A stretch of DNA of 64,000 nucleotides from the human T2T-CHM13v2.0 reference genome, Homo sapiens. Position numbers and translations under genes: made by a program. The DNA is taken from NCBI RefSeq assembly GCF_009914755.1, contig NC_060936.1; one strand, given 5' to 3'. Numbering within the stretch: the stretch's first letter is position 1; every line of letters starts with the position of its first letter. Below, piece by piece: positions 48,831 through 60,576 of this stretch. The notes beneath the pieces are model-generated. The model did no database searches. It was not told the origin of the DNA and saw only the letters and a program-made list of their open reading frames with translations.

Positions 48831-49059
48831 ATTGCCGTTCAGCTTACCTCCCCTTGGCTTTTGGCACTTCTCTGAAGCTCTAATTTAGACACTGTGATTT
48901 AAGAAATTTTTGGAAACTTCCCCTTCGGGATGCAGAAATCAAAGTGCTTATGCCCAACTCCTGTTTCCTAACTCAAGCTTTCCTCGTAAGTTGCACCAGG
49001 TTTAGAATGGAGGGGAGAGCAGCTCTAAGGGGCAGTTCTTATTTATTATTGAAGTTTAT

Positions 49060-49576
<517 letters not shown>

Positions 49577-50137
49577 TAACACTTGATGCCAAGGGATGTG
49601 TTAGAGAACTGTCCATATCATATGATCATAATCACAACCCTCTGAGCCATTCAGGAGTATTTTCACTCTCATTTTATAGATGGGGAAACTGAAGCTTAGG
49701 AAGTTTAAGAATGACTCTAGTGCCAGCACTGTATTGGAGAAAAGAGTGAAGAGAAAATTTAAGAAAACCTTTCTGTATTTGTTATTCTGATTAAACAGTG
49801 TCATATACATTGACTTAAAGGTTTTGGGGTTCATTAACCTAGTCCCTTCTATATAAGAAGAGGATCTGGTTCGAGTTGGTGTTTGAAATAAAAAAAAAAA
49901 AAACGGAATTCCAACCCTTTTGCCTTAGGTAAATTTAGTTTTTGGAAGGGCATTTCCAGTATCAGGATAATATGTTCATTCTGAATTCTCATTTTTAAGT
50001 ATAGATTTAACTTTAGAGTGTCCCATACCTTACCTGGGCATAGACATTGGATCATTCCCTGCTTTTGACAAACAGTATTAGCTGAAGCCTACTAATAACC
50101 CACTTGTCTTTTCCTCGTCTCTTCCCAAAAGGCATCT

Positions 50138-50557
<420 letters not shown>

Positions 50558-52094
50558 TTACTTTAAAATCATCCCAGAAACAACATCTTCTTCTTGAATA
50601 TTTGGCTTCAATTGTAGTGTTTCATTTTGTCTTCCCCTCAGAGGGCATGAACCATTTGCTAGCCAGCACTGCTCCCTACCCCCCACCAACACCCTATCTA
50701 ATGTACAAATCTTTTCTGCCTTCAGCTGTTTGACTTGGTGAAACAAGGGCAGCCTGTCTCACTCATGTAGAGGCTGCTTATGATGGCATGGGGCAGGAAG
50801 GAAGCGTCACGTGCGATGGCCTCTTGTCACCGCCATCCTACTGTCCCACCGTCCCTACCCTGCTACACTACCTGGAAATGAAAAGGGTAGCTTCAGATCT
50901 CAGTTGTGCCATTTGCCATGTAGCATGGGCAAGTGGCCGTTTGCTTGTCTAGCCTCGGTGTTCTGTTAAAATGAGGCCAACGATACATCCTCTAGAGCCC
51001 ACGCTGAGATGCTGTGGTTTCTATAGATAATTTCCTCAAACTTCCCATAGTGATTGGCTGGGTTTTCTGCCAAACCCTCGCTCCAATTCCGTCCTTTTGT
51101 GGACTTCATTTACTTTTCTGGCCTTATGATATGCCCACTTTCTTGCCTCCCCGCCGCCCCCGAACCACAACTTCACTGAGCTTAATGAAGTGGTTGAAGC
51201 ATTTTCCCTGAAAGCTCTTCTATTAAAATACACAACATTATTATGTGGATTTAGTAGTTCACATATCCTTGGTACTGAGGAAGGAAGATCTGACAGCATC
51301 CTTAAGTTCCTGGTCCTCCAAAGGTGGTGTACAACATAAGATTTCAAAATTCTGCATTCTAATTTATCAAATGACTTAGGTTCCAAGTTCATGCGTCGGA
51401 GAGCAGGTGATGGGCTTTAGAGTGAGCCAGGCTGCCACCTGCTGTCCTTTAGTGGTTCTGCTAAAAGTAGAAGAGGAATCGTTCTGACCTTCAAAGGCAA
51501 AGCTTATGAGAATATTTTGTTCTCCAAGGTAGAGAAGGTTAGTTTATCAGAAATGGTTTTTCCTTCCAATGGTCTTGAAAGGGATTCCCCTCGGCCATGC
51601 AGAGATATGGGGCCCAGAGGAAGCAGACAAAACCAGGCCAGAAGCTGCTCCAGCTTCCTAAGCTTGGCTTTTTAAGAGTTGATAAATTTGCCTGAAAGTG
51701 CTGTACCTGTTTGGGTGGGGATGATAACCCTTCCAAAAGATAACACTGGGTTATGGTCCTACAGAGACTGCTGTTTGGTGTCTGTGAGTTGGTAGTTGGG
51801 GTCAAATGCAGTTGGAGGTCAGAATGTGCCTTAATGCCAAAGAATGAACGGCAGGTGGGCGGCCACGGCCTTGGCAGGAAGTGGCAGGGCGAGAGTTAGT
51901 GCTCACCCTGCTGTGTGCCGCACAGGTGGTGCCTCGTGACACATGGTTGGGACACTCAGTGATGGCAGCCCAGGGGCTAGAAAGGGCTCCTTGCTGCTTT
52001 CTTAACCCTGCTGGGCCTGTTGAACACCTTATTGTTCCTGGCATCTAAATTGTAATTTCTTTGTCCCCACCTCCATGAAACAAGGTAATGTAAT

Positions 52095-53790
52095 GATCGC
52101 AGTTAGCATGTATTTATTTAGCGTTTAGTATATGCCAGGCAGTTTCAAGCATGTTACGTGAATACATCACATTCAATCTTCATACACTCTTCCGGTAATT
52201 TGGAGGCAATTTTCAACTCTGCTGCAGTTTCTATAACATGGGACTAATGATAGTACCCACTTTCAGGGGGCTGTTGTGAGGATGGAATGAGCTGAAACAT
52301 GTTATTTGGTACATGTAAACCTTAGCTGTTCTAGCATTATTCTGCCACTTAAGCTGTCTTCTCCGAGCTGCAGTGTCTTCTGCTGTAAGGGGGCATTAAT
52401 ACTGTCCTCACAGGGTTGTTGCAAGACATGACGGTAAGAGTGACATTCTGTAACCTATAATGTAAGTGTGTTTTACAGAGTTGGCATTTGGCCTACTCTA
52501 GAGGCAAGTTAGGGCTATTTGCTGGTAGGAAACTTGAACAGCTTTGAACTTGAACTTTGAAGTGTGGAGGCTGAGGGTGATGGAGGAGCGGGGGAAGCGC
52601 CCCAAAAGCCCTGCATGCTGTCCATACCCATCACTGGGGTTTGTTAAATGGAAAGATTTGAGGCCGGCCTCTCCCACATTTCTCCATGGCTTTGCCCTTA
52701 ATGTTGCTCTCACTGTGGAGACTGTTGTCTCCTGGGATCCAGGTCTTGGGGTTTGGTCGGGGGAGGAAGCTGCGGGGCCTTGGGACCCTGGGGGAGATGT
52801 GTGTGCGCTGGGGGTGAGTTCCCAGATAGAGCTTCCCTCCCAGTGGACCCTGCTTAGCAAGTTGGAATGTTCCCACAAGTTCCAACCCTAAGGATTTCAC
52901 TCCAGGGACAGAGTCAAGTAGATTCTTTTGTAAATCATTGGCCAGAAAAGAGCACAACCACTGCTCTTTTTCACTATTTTACAGCTATTTTTGCCGTCCC
53001 CTGAATGTACATCAATTTCCATGCAGCAATTGGATGTCTCAGCCTATTGGCTTTTCATAGATGCAAACTTTCCTTTAGGGCTTTGTAAAGAAGTTTTGGG
53101 AAGTTCTTCAATAGCAGCAGTTTGGGGACATCATGTGTAGCCCTGTCGATATTTCCTGAATGGATTTCATTCCTTTCTCAGTCTTGACCATTCCCTTACC
53201 CAACCCCCACCCCAACACAGTCAAAACCTTTTCGAGCAGCAGCTAGGAAGGTGAGTGGCCTCCCACCATGAGCCTCACTTTGGGGAATCTATGCTTTAGT
53301 TGGGGCATATTCTTGCCTTAGCCTCATCTCTGCATTTGGCCTCATTCTGCTGCTGCTTCTCAGTACCCAGAAGTCCTTGGGTTCTACCAGAGACCACTCC
53401 GACAGAAAGGGTCAGAAACAACTGACCCTTTCTTGGCTGGGTCTGGACTCTGGAGTACAGGAAGAACTAAATTATTTTGTCTTGGTCCAAGCTGAGCTCA
53501 CGCTGGCTTCCCGAAGAGGAGACAGGAAGGTTAGGTCAGAAGTATGCTCATGTTGAGACCTAGGGCAGATGGTACCGGGCACCATGAAGCATCTTGAAAG
53601 TGGTGCCAGGTGATTGGTTTCCTGTTCCATCCAGCATTCTCCGGAGCCAGGGGCCACCAGCCCAGGATTGAGAGGAGCGTTGGCCTGGGGGCGACCCAAC
53701 TGCAGTTAGCTGCATCCCATGTCAGTGCTGACTTTGTGGGATGGCTCTGGAAGGATCACCTTGCCAAAACACAGGTCAGGCTGGGTGGTG
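52095..53790 (-). other. CACNA2D4: CACNA2D4 3' UTR (~1.7 kb; end approximate)
   Basis: Runs from the stop to the first minus-strand AATAAA I found (plus-strand TTTATT at 52113-52118). Confidence 0.75.
52113..52118 (-). terminator. Likely CACNA2D4 poly(A) signal, inside a MIR 3' end
   Basis: Minus strand reads TGCCTGGCATATACTAAACGCTAAATAAAT, matching the MIR tail. Confidence 0.7.
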
Positions 53791-53895
53791 TCACCGCAGG
53801 AGTTGGGGCAGTAGCCCCCAGGCACACACAGGCAGCAGGAGTAGGGGCGGCGAGGCTGAGGTGTCCGAGGCGCCGCCGCAGTCCTGGGCATTCTC
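53791..53895 (-). CDS. CACNA2D4: CACNA2D4 last coding exon (105 nt including TGA); GPI-signal-like hydrophobic tail
   Basis: cgcAG|GAGAATGCC; encodes [34 protein letters not shown]; CGG small-residue site plus hydrophobic C-terminus as in the alpha2delta family. Confidence 0.94.
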   Translation of the reverse strand, partial: ENAQDCGGASDTSASPPLLLLPVCAWGLLPQLLR

Positions 53896-54461
53896 CTGCG
53901 AACGCAGAGCAGAGGTGACAGCGCGGCGCTCAGAGGAGGACCCTCAAAAAGGGAGGGGCTTCCACCACTAATTTGGGCCAAAATCCTGGGGAAAGGGGAG
54001 TTTTGGAAAGCCGGGGAAGCACTGCTACCTCTCTTAGGCCCCTACCTTTTGGGGGAAAAGCAAAGGCTGGCCCCTCAGCCTGGGAGGGGGGCACCGGCCT
54101 TCTCTGCTTGCCCTCAGGCTTGGAGTGGCTGCGAGGTCATCCTCTCAGAATGTCCTCAACTCTGGGAGCATCTCTGATGGGGGTTTCTGGTCCCAGCAGA
54201 CCAGACTGTATGAAGCACCCGGCTCAGGGCCTGACACCTGGGTCTGGGTTCTGGATCCGTACCAGCCACTATGACTATTATCCACGTGACGGCCCCCTCA
54301 CATTGCTCGATCATTCGGAACTAAGTGTAGCGGGAATGAGGACAAGATGGGAAAACTGCTTTCTAATTCACCTAGGGCCCAAGCCCTAGGAAGCGTGGCT
54401 CTTCGTTAAAGCACCTTGGGATCCTGGTTGACTTCGTATTTTAATGACACAGGGGCTCTGC

Positions 54462-55275
54462 TGTGTTTTCACGCCACCACTTCAACAAATGTGAAGGGTT
54501 TTTCCCACCCCACTCTCTGGACACCAACTGGGTGTCTGTCCTGAAACTCAATTCAAGTCTGACACTATTGAGAGTTAGCATTAGAGCTCGCAAGTTACAG
54601 GGCTCGGTCCCACAAGGTGGCCGTCACTTCAGATGCCAATCGCAAGCCCCAGGTCTCCTGTCCTTCTGACAGACTGGCTGTAAATCTAGGGTTCCCATGA
54701 GCCTGTCTCAGGCTCCGTGAGTTGTTAGCGTGGCTCACTCAACTCAGGAAGGTGCTTCCCTCACCATGACCCGTTTATTATAAAGGACGCAGGTCAGGCG
54801 GCTGAGTGGAAGAGACACGTAGGCCAAGGCACGGGGTACGCAGAGCTCCCACACCCTTTCACCAATTCGGACACTCTCCAAACACAGTGGCTCGGGGATT
54901 TTATGGAGGCCTCATTATGATCATTGATTAAATCTTTGGCCACTGGTGATCAACTCAGTCTCCAGCCCCCTTCCTTTCCCAGAAGCCAGGGGCTTGGAGC
55001 CAAAAGTCCCAACCCTCTAATCCTAACTTGGTGTTTCCTGTGGCCAGCTCTCATCCTGTCTAGGGCCCCCAGCCACCAGTCATCTAATTAGCATACAAAG
55101 ATACCTCTATCATTCCAAGGGTCTTAGAGGCACCTGTGAAGGAACCAGGGACTAAGACCAAACACTATAACAAAAGATGCACCTATCACCCTAATCAGGA
55201 AATAACAAGCGTTTTAGGAGCTTGCCAGGAATCAGGACAAAGACTAAATAAAGATCTGTTTCTTATTATATCACA
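54462..55275 (-). mobile_element. MER21-family LTR in the last CACNA2D4 intron
   Basis: GACACCAACTGGGTGTC, AACTCAGGAAGG, TTTTATGGAGGCCTCATT; ends TATTATATCACA. Confidence 0.7.
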
Positions 55276-55434
55276 GTGTCACAGGGCATAAACGCGAATG
55301 TTTCCCCCGAGAAGCACAGGCACAGGTGTGTTCATTGGCATCCCTATATGCTCCTGTCTGCAGGGGCACAGACCCAGGCACAGAGGGTTTGGGGATGAAA
55401 ATCCAGCCCACCCTCGATCCGCCTCAACCCGCAC

Positions 55435-55517
55435 CTCTGGATGGAAGGCGTGGCAGGAGTCTGGTCGCCGGCGGAGCTTCTGGGAGCGCATCCGGTCACA
55501 TTTGACAGAGGCATTAT
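55435..55517 (-). CDS. CACNA2D4: CACNA2D4 penultimate exon (probably 37; 83 nt)
   Basis: gcAC|ATAATGCC...CCAGAG|GTGCGG; encodes NASVKCDRMRSQKLRRRPDSCHAFHPE. Confidence 0.93.
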
Positions 55518-55805
55518 GTGCAGAAGCCACTGTTAAGGTCAATATCTCAGGACCGGAGCCCATTCTGCAGACTGGAAAAAGGTCTGGAAGAACCTGCTCT
55601 GGTGCCACCAGTTGCCCTGCAAGCAGCTTTAGGGTCAGGAGGCAGCACCGGGGCCCAGGGAAGGGTTAGAGAACAAATAACGGAGCCCTGTGGAGGACAC
55701 ACGGGCGGTGAAGGAGGCTGGCCCCGCTGCTCAAAATCTGAGCCCTACAGACACCTCCTACAGCCCCCGCCCCCACCGCACACATCCCCGAGCATTGCAG
55801 GATAT
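55518..55805 (-). other. CACNA2D4: U12-type (minor spliceosome) AT-AC intron, 288 nt
   Basis: 5' site ATATCCTG (55805-55798), branch sequence CCTTAAC (55538-55532), 3' end GCAC, no polypyrimidine tract; the join T|AT restores Tyr in EVKYNASVKC. Confidence 0.93.
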
Positions 55806-55918
55806 ATTTGACTTCTGTCGCCTCCTGCAGCACTGGTGGGAAGATGCTGCAGTCACAGGTGGGGTCTGTCACCAGGAGGAGGAGGTTACTGTTGGGAATC
55901 TGCTGCACCACAAATACC
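55806..55918 (-). CDS. CACNA2D4: CACNA2D4 exon (probably 36; 113 nt)
   Basis: tgcAG|GGTATTT...GTCAAAT|ATATCCTG (non-GT donor); encodes [37 protein letters not shown](Y). Confidence 0.93.
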
Positions 55919-56320
55919 CTGCAGCAAAGAAAGGGAGTCGAGGATGGCTCCGTGGCGACCACGAGAAGGGCTTCTAGGGAAGGAACTTCTGGAGACTTTA
56001 GTGTGGAGTTAGGGTGGCAGGGAAGCCCGGAACCATGAGGCAGGGCGGGTCGGGGCAGCTAAGGGAACGGGCCTGGCAGATGGCTCAGTCCTACTGGCTT
56101 TGCTCACAAGCCTTTGCTGCTGCATTTCCTTTCCTAGCAGACTGGAGACAGTGAGGAAGTCCAAACTGGGCCGCTTTGGAGAGTGCAGAGTTGCTATTAA
56201 TATATGCAGGGACGACAGGCGTAAATCAAGACCGTCCGGAGCAAATGGGCGGGCGAGGCAACACTTGCTCTGGGTGAGGGTGGCGGGGGCAGGCCCGGGC
56301 GAAGCGGCAGCGCTGGAGCT

Positions 56321-56339
56321 TGGCCACCAGGTGGCGCAG
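56321..56339 (+). promoter_or_regulatory. CTCF core motif candidate
   Basis: TGGCCACCAGGTGGCGCAG versus consensus TGGCCACCAGGGGGCGCTA. Confidence 0.75.
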
Positions 56340-57555
56340 TGGCCCCGCGCTCGGCGAGGCCGCCCTGCGAGGAGTGGCGCGGAGTGGGGCGGAGCCCGCC
56401 CGCCAGGCCCACGGCCTTCCCAGCAGTCCCAGCGGCCGCCTACCGAGCGCCTCCCCTGGGATGGGCGGTCTCACACACCCAACGTGCACACCACAGCCGT
56501 GTATACTCTCAGCCTTCACGGCTCTGTATGAGGCTGGTGTTGTGCCCATTTTGCAGATGAGAGAATGGAGACTAGAGGAGGCGAAGTCACTTGCCCACGG
56601 TCATAAGCGGGGGAGCGCAGAGCCAGTTTTCAATTCAGGAGTGTCTACTCTGAAGCCCTCGCTTCACTCCGGAGCCCGCTGGCTCTATCCTCGCACCGAG
56701 CCTTTGCGACAAGTGCACAGGGAACGCTAACCCCAGCCCTCAACGCTGCACAGAACCCGGGGTGAAACCCGCGCAGCACGACGCGCAGGGAGTGGGGGAG
56801 AAGGGAGCCCCGATGCCAGCGCCGCAGGTGCCGCACTGTTAAATGGTGTGCCACGGGCCCGGGGGTCTAGGGACCGCCTGGCGAGCGGCACGTCTGGCTG
56901 AGGCGACCCTCGAGGAGGCCGCCGCATTCCCAGCGTGGGGGTCCTCCCGGGCTTGGGCGCGGGGGGTCAGCAGGAGAGACCCTTCCGCGCGGCCTCCCTG
57001 CCTCCCCGGGGCCAGGGCGGGTTATAACTAGCGGCTTCCACACAGCAGGAAGCCTGACAGAGGCTGCCCGCGGGGCTCCCAGCGACCCGAGGACATCGCA
57101 CACTTCCGGCCTTCTCTTCTCACACTCCCTCTGCCTTCCAAGTTCTCCCCACGCAGCTCAGGCGCGGGCACTGGCACCGCCCTGGGCACCGCCTGAGCAG
57201 GGCTGGGGGAGACCCGCCGAAGGGCCCACTCGCCCAGAGACGCCGTGGGGTCACGGCTGCGGCCTCGGCGGGGTGGGCTCGACACACAGGGTCAGGCCTC
57301 GGGACCACCTCTCCCCATCCCGGCTGTCCCGGTCCCCAGCCGTCCTGCCCGCCTCAGACCGTCCGCCTCCTGCGTGTCTCCTCCACTGAGGACGGCGGGG
57401 GAAGACCCCGGGAGCGTGGGCTCTGCACTTAGACGCATCCCCTCCTCCCGGCTGTGGAGCCGTTTCCCGGGGGTTCCGGGGCCCTGCCCGCACTTCCGCC
57501 TTGCCGAGGGCGGGAGGAGTGTGGCGGGACGGGCGGCGCCGCCCTGCGGTCTTAC

Positions 57556-57673
57556 TTCTGGCAGGGCCCGCACTCCACGATCCCGTTGGCCTCCCGGATG
57601 GCCGGCTGGTACACGAACACGGGGTACTCCGTGTCGCAGGGCTGCAGCGGGTCCTGCTTCTTGTGTTTGTGGG
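57556..57673 (-). CDS. CACNA2D4: CACNA2D4 exon (probably 35; 118 nt)
   Basis: cgcAG|CCCACAAA...CCAGAA|GTAAGA; encodes [38 protein letters not shown](K). Confidence 0.95.
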
Positions 57674-59812
57674 CTGCGGGCGGAGAAAGGACATCACGCC
57701 ACCGAAGGGGCCTCTGGCCTGCGGTGACCTCGCCTCGGCACTCCCAGGGCCAGAGTTCACCCCAGTGCATTTGCAGAGGGTCCCTCCTCAGGCAGTTCTC
57801 AGGACACGCGTGGGAGGAGCCGGGCGGGGGGTGAGGGGAGGGAAGACACCCGGAGTCTCTGGAGAGGGTGGCTTCGCACGGGGAGCGCCGCAGGGGCCCT
57901 GAGCCTCGGTGGAGGGAAAGCGCTTCCTCTGGGGAGCCTGGCCCTCACTGAGCTGGGGGCAGTGCACCATCTCCAGGGCCCCTTCCAGCACTCAGATCCC
58001 GGGGGAGGGTCTGAGCGGGGAGCAGAGGCAGTAGGGGCACCAAGGGGTGGCTTGGGGGTACTTAGGCCCACCACCCCTCCCTTCACTGTGGACAGACGCA
58101 GTGCAGTTCCTGGGCAATCCTGCCCTGCTCTCCCGCACAGCCAGGCCCACACTCCACCCATTGAGCCTGAGCGCCTGCGGTGGGGGCAGCCGGGCAGGTG
58201 GGCTCCAGGCCTGGGGCTGCGGAAGCCCAGAAGCCACAGCCACCCGGTGCGGGACTCCTCGGGGGCTGCGCGATTTGCCTTAGCTCCCTGGGACAAGGAC
58301 AGTGGACTCAACCAAAGGTGGAGGCGAGTGCCTCAGCCCCGCTCTGCAGGACCCAAGTCCGTTCCCTCCCGGAGCCTCCTGAGGTGGGCACATGGCAGAG
58401 CAGGGCCCTGCCACACAGGCTGTCTGCATGGCCCTTCTGTTCTCAGGGCCTGGCTGTGGCCCCCAGGGATAGACCTAGAGGCAGGGAGCACAGGTGTGAG
58501 CTACCTTCCCAGGCTCATGCAGAGTCCTACAGGAGAGCATGGGTCTCCCCAGCTTCCAAATCCAGAAGCTCCCAGCCAGAGCTGGAAACCCAGAGGGGAC
58601 ACTAGCTGGCGTGCAGAAAACTCTCACCGAGAGGAGCAAGCCCACAGCGGCCAGGGCTGTGAGTTTTGTCCCCAGGGCTGGGCACAGAAGCCTGCCTGAC
58701 AATGGCAGGGTTGAGTGGCGTCCCCAGGGTCACGCAGTGGAAGGGGCTGCAGCACCTACGCCCCGGCCTGGGACTCCAAGTCCAGTGCGCCTTCACTGGG
58801 GACACTGACATCTGTGTAGGCCAGGCCAGGGGGAGGAGCTCCAGGGGACAGGTACCCCAGAGAAGAGAAATTCTGAGCAGGCAGATTGAGGGGGATCATC
58901 TTCAACTTTTGCAAGATGCAGCTGCTGACAGAGACAGAGGGGACAGTGTCCTGTCACTGACACCTAGTGACTGTGAACACCCCAGAGCAGCCCCACCCGA
59001 TCGCGGATGTGAGTCCAGAAGGAGTCTGGAGACACAGCCCGAACTGCCCTGAGCCCAGGGGCAGAGGAAGCCCCAAGCCAAGGCCAGCAGAAGAGAACGA
59101 AGAGCAAGCCAGAGAGAGGACCACAGTGGAGATGAAGAGATGGGATAAGCTGGGGACAGCCCAGGTGGTGGGAAGTTCTGGAACCCCATGGCAAAGGTTC
59201 TAGGAACACGGAGGAACTGAGCAGAGCCCGCTGAGGCAAGATGGCCTCCTGCAGTCATGGAGGGCCCAGGCGCCCGGGCAGTGAGTGCTTTGAAAGGCCA
59301 GGCTCATTGCCGCCCTGCACGTGTGGCCACAGCCACCGGGCTTTGTGTTGGGGCCTCTCATGGTTGCTGCCTCTGGGGGACTCTGTCCTCAGACACAGGG
59401 TCCTGCAGGGGAATCATCCTGAGAGCTTCCTGGGGCCCCTGGAACCCGGAGTCCCGCTGAGGGCTGGGGTGCCGCTGTTTGCTTCTCCAAGGGGTGGGCT
59501 GGAGGTTGCTCACTCATACTGGCTCATGGCCACCCGGCCACACCACCGGCTTCCTCTTGGAATCTTACGTGTTCTCACCCAAGGGGAGGCTGGAGTTTCT
59601 CATTTTCCCTGGGGCCTGACCGTCCTCATGTGGGATGAGAACTGGGCTAGACTCCCCAGTCCCCCAACCCCCAGGAATGGTACTTTAAACCAGGAGAGCT
59701 CAGCCCTGCTTGGGGTCATTCCTGGGACAGGTCATGGAGGGTGGGTTCTTTGTAGCTCCTGCTGCGTCCCCAACCCACCGCCAGCAGGGATGGCCTCAGC
59801 TGGGCTACTTAC

Positions 59813-59833
59813 AGTGATGGAAGACACTTTTGG
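59813..59833 (-). CDS. CACNA2D4: CACNA2D4 21-nt microexon (probably 34)
   Basis: ggccAG|CCAAAAGTGTCTTCCATCACT|GTAAGT; encodes (A)KSVFHH(S); phase 1-1 fits both neighbours. Confidence 0.88.
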
Positions 59834-60137
59834 CTGGCCGGAACATAAGCCCAGCACAGGGTGGACATGGCACAGGAAAACATGGTGGCACATGAGGGCA
59901 GGATGTCATGGGGTGGTGATGATGGCACATGGAGTGGCGGTGTCCCAAGATGATGTCACACACAGAGCCAGGAGTGAGGGATGTGATGAGAGAAGGCCAC
60001 GCAGGGTGAGATGTGAACAACGATGCTTCAGGGTCACCTATCCCCACTGTCACCCACCCCACAGGGAATGGTCTCACGTTAGTGGACCAAAATGCCACTG
60101 CTCTTCAGCACATGGCCCTGCAGCTCCGTGCACTCAC

Positions 60138-60190
60138 CCTCGGCCCCTCTGTCGTACCAGGAGCCCCAGACACTCCACTCCAGCAGGAAC
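60138..60190 (-). CDS. CACNA2D4: CACNA2D4 exon (probably 33; 53 nt)
   Basis: gacAG|GTTCCTG...GCCGAGG|GTGAGT; encodes FLLEWSVWGSWYDRGAE. Confidence 0.93.
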
Positions 60191-60523
60191 CTGTCAGACA
60201 CAGGACTGAATCTCGGAGACCTCTGAGCCCTCCCGACTTGGGTTCCCAAGGAGCTGGAGTATCCCTGACAGCCCCCGGCCCATCCCCTCTCCTCCAGGAC
60301 ACCCTCTTCCCTGCTTGAGGGCTCTGGTTGAGCAATGAGGTCCCTCCCAGGGGCAGCATGCAGGGAAGAGGTGGCGTCCATGCCCAGGGATTGTGCCCTC
60401 CTTCCCCGGGGTCTGGTAGCAAGTGGGTTGTCCTGGAGACCTTGCAGCCTCCTGCTCAAGGACACCCTCCTAAGCCACCCTCGCATGCAGCCCTCCACCA
60501 GCCCCGTGTCTACCCCCACTCAC

Positions 60524-60576
60524 AGCACCAGCTCCTGCAGCAGCCACCTGGTCGCCGTCAAGAAGGCAGAAATTGG
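60524..60576 (-). CDS. CACNA2D4: Calcium channel alpha2delta-4, 7th exon from the end (probably exon 32; 53 nt)
   Basis: tcccAG|CCAATT...GGTGCT|GTGAGT; encodes PISAFLTATRWLLQELV(L). Confidence 0.93.

Larger units (their letters stand above)
56200..57950. promoter_or_regulatory. Intragenic CpG island over the CACNA2D4 3' region
   Basis: Visibly dense CpG and very high GC; GC box GGGGCGGAG near 56386. Confidence 0.85.

Noticed and set aside
59241-60209. 322-aa plus-strand ORF and other 100-245 aa ORFs between 53 and 63 kb
   Set aside because: GC-rich, stop-poor sequence antisense to or intronic in CACNA2D4; Pro/Gly/Arg-biased and no recognisable domain.
60138-60576. Two adjacent 53-nt exons as a mutually exclusive pair
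   Set aside because: No sequence similarity and different phases (0-2 and 2-1); both are needed for the frame.
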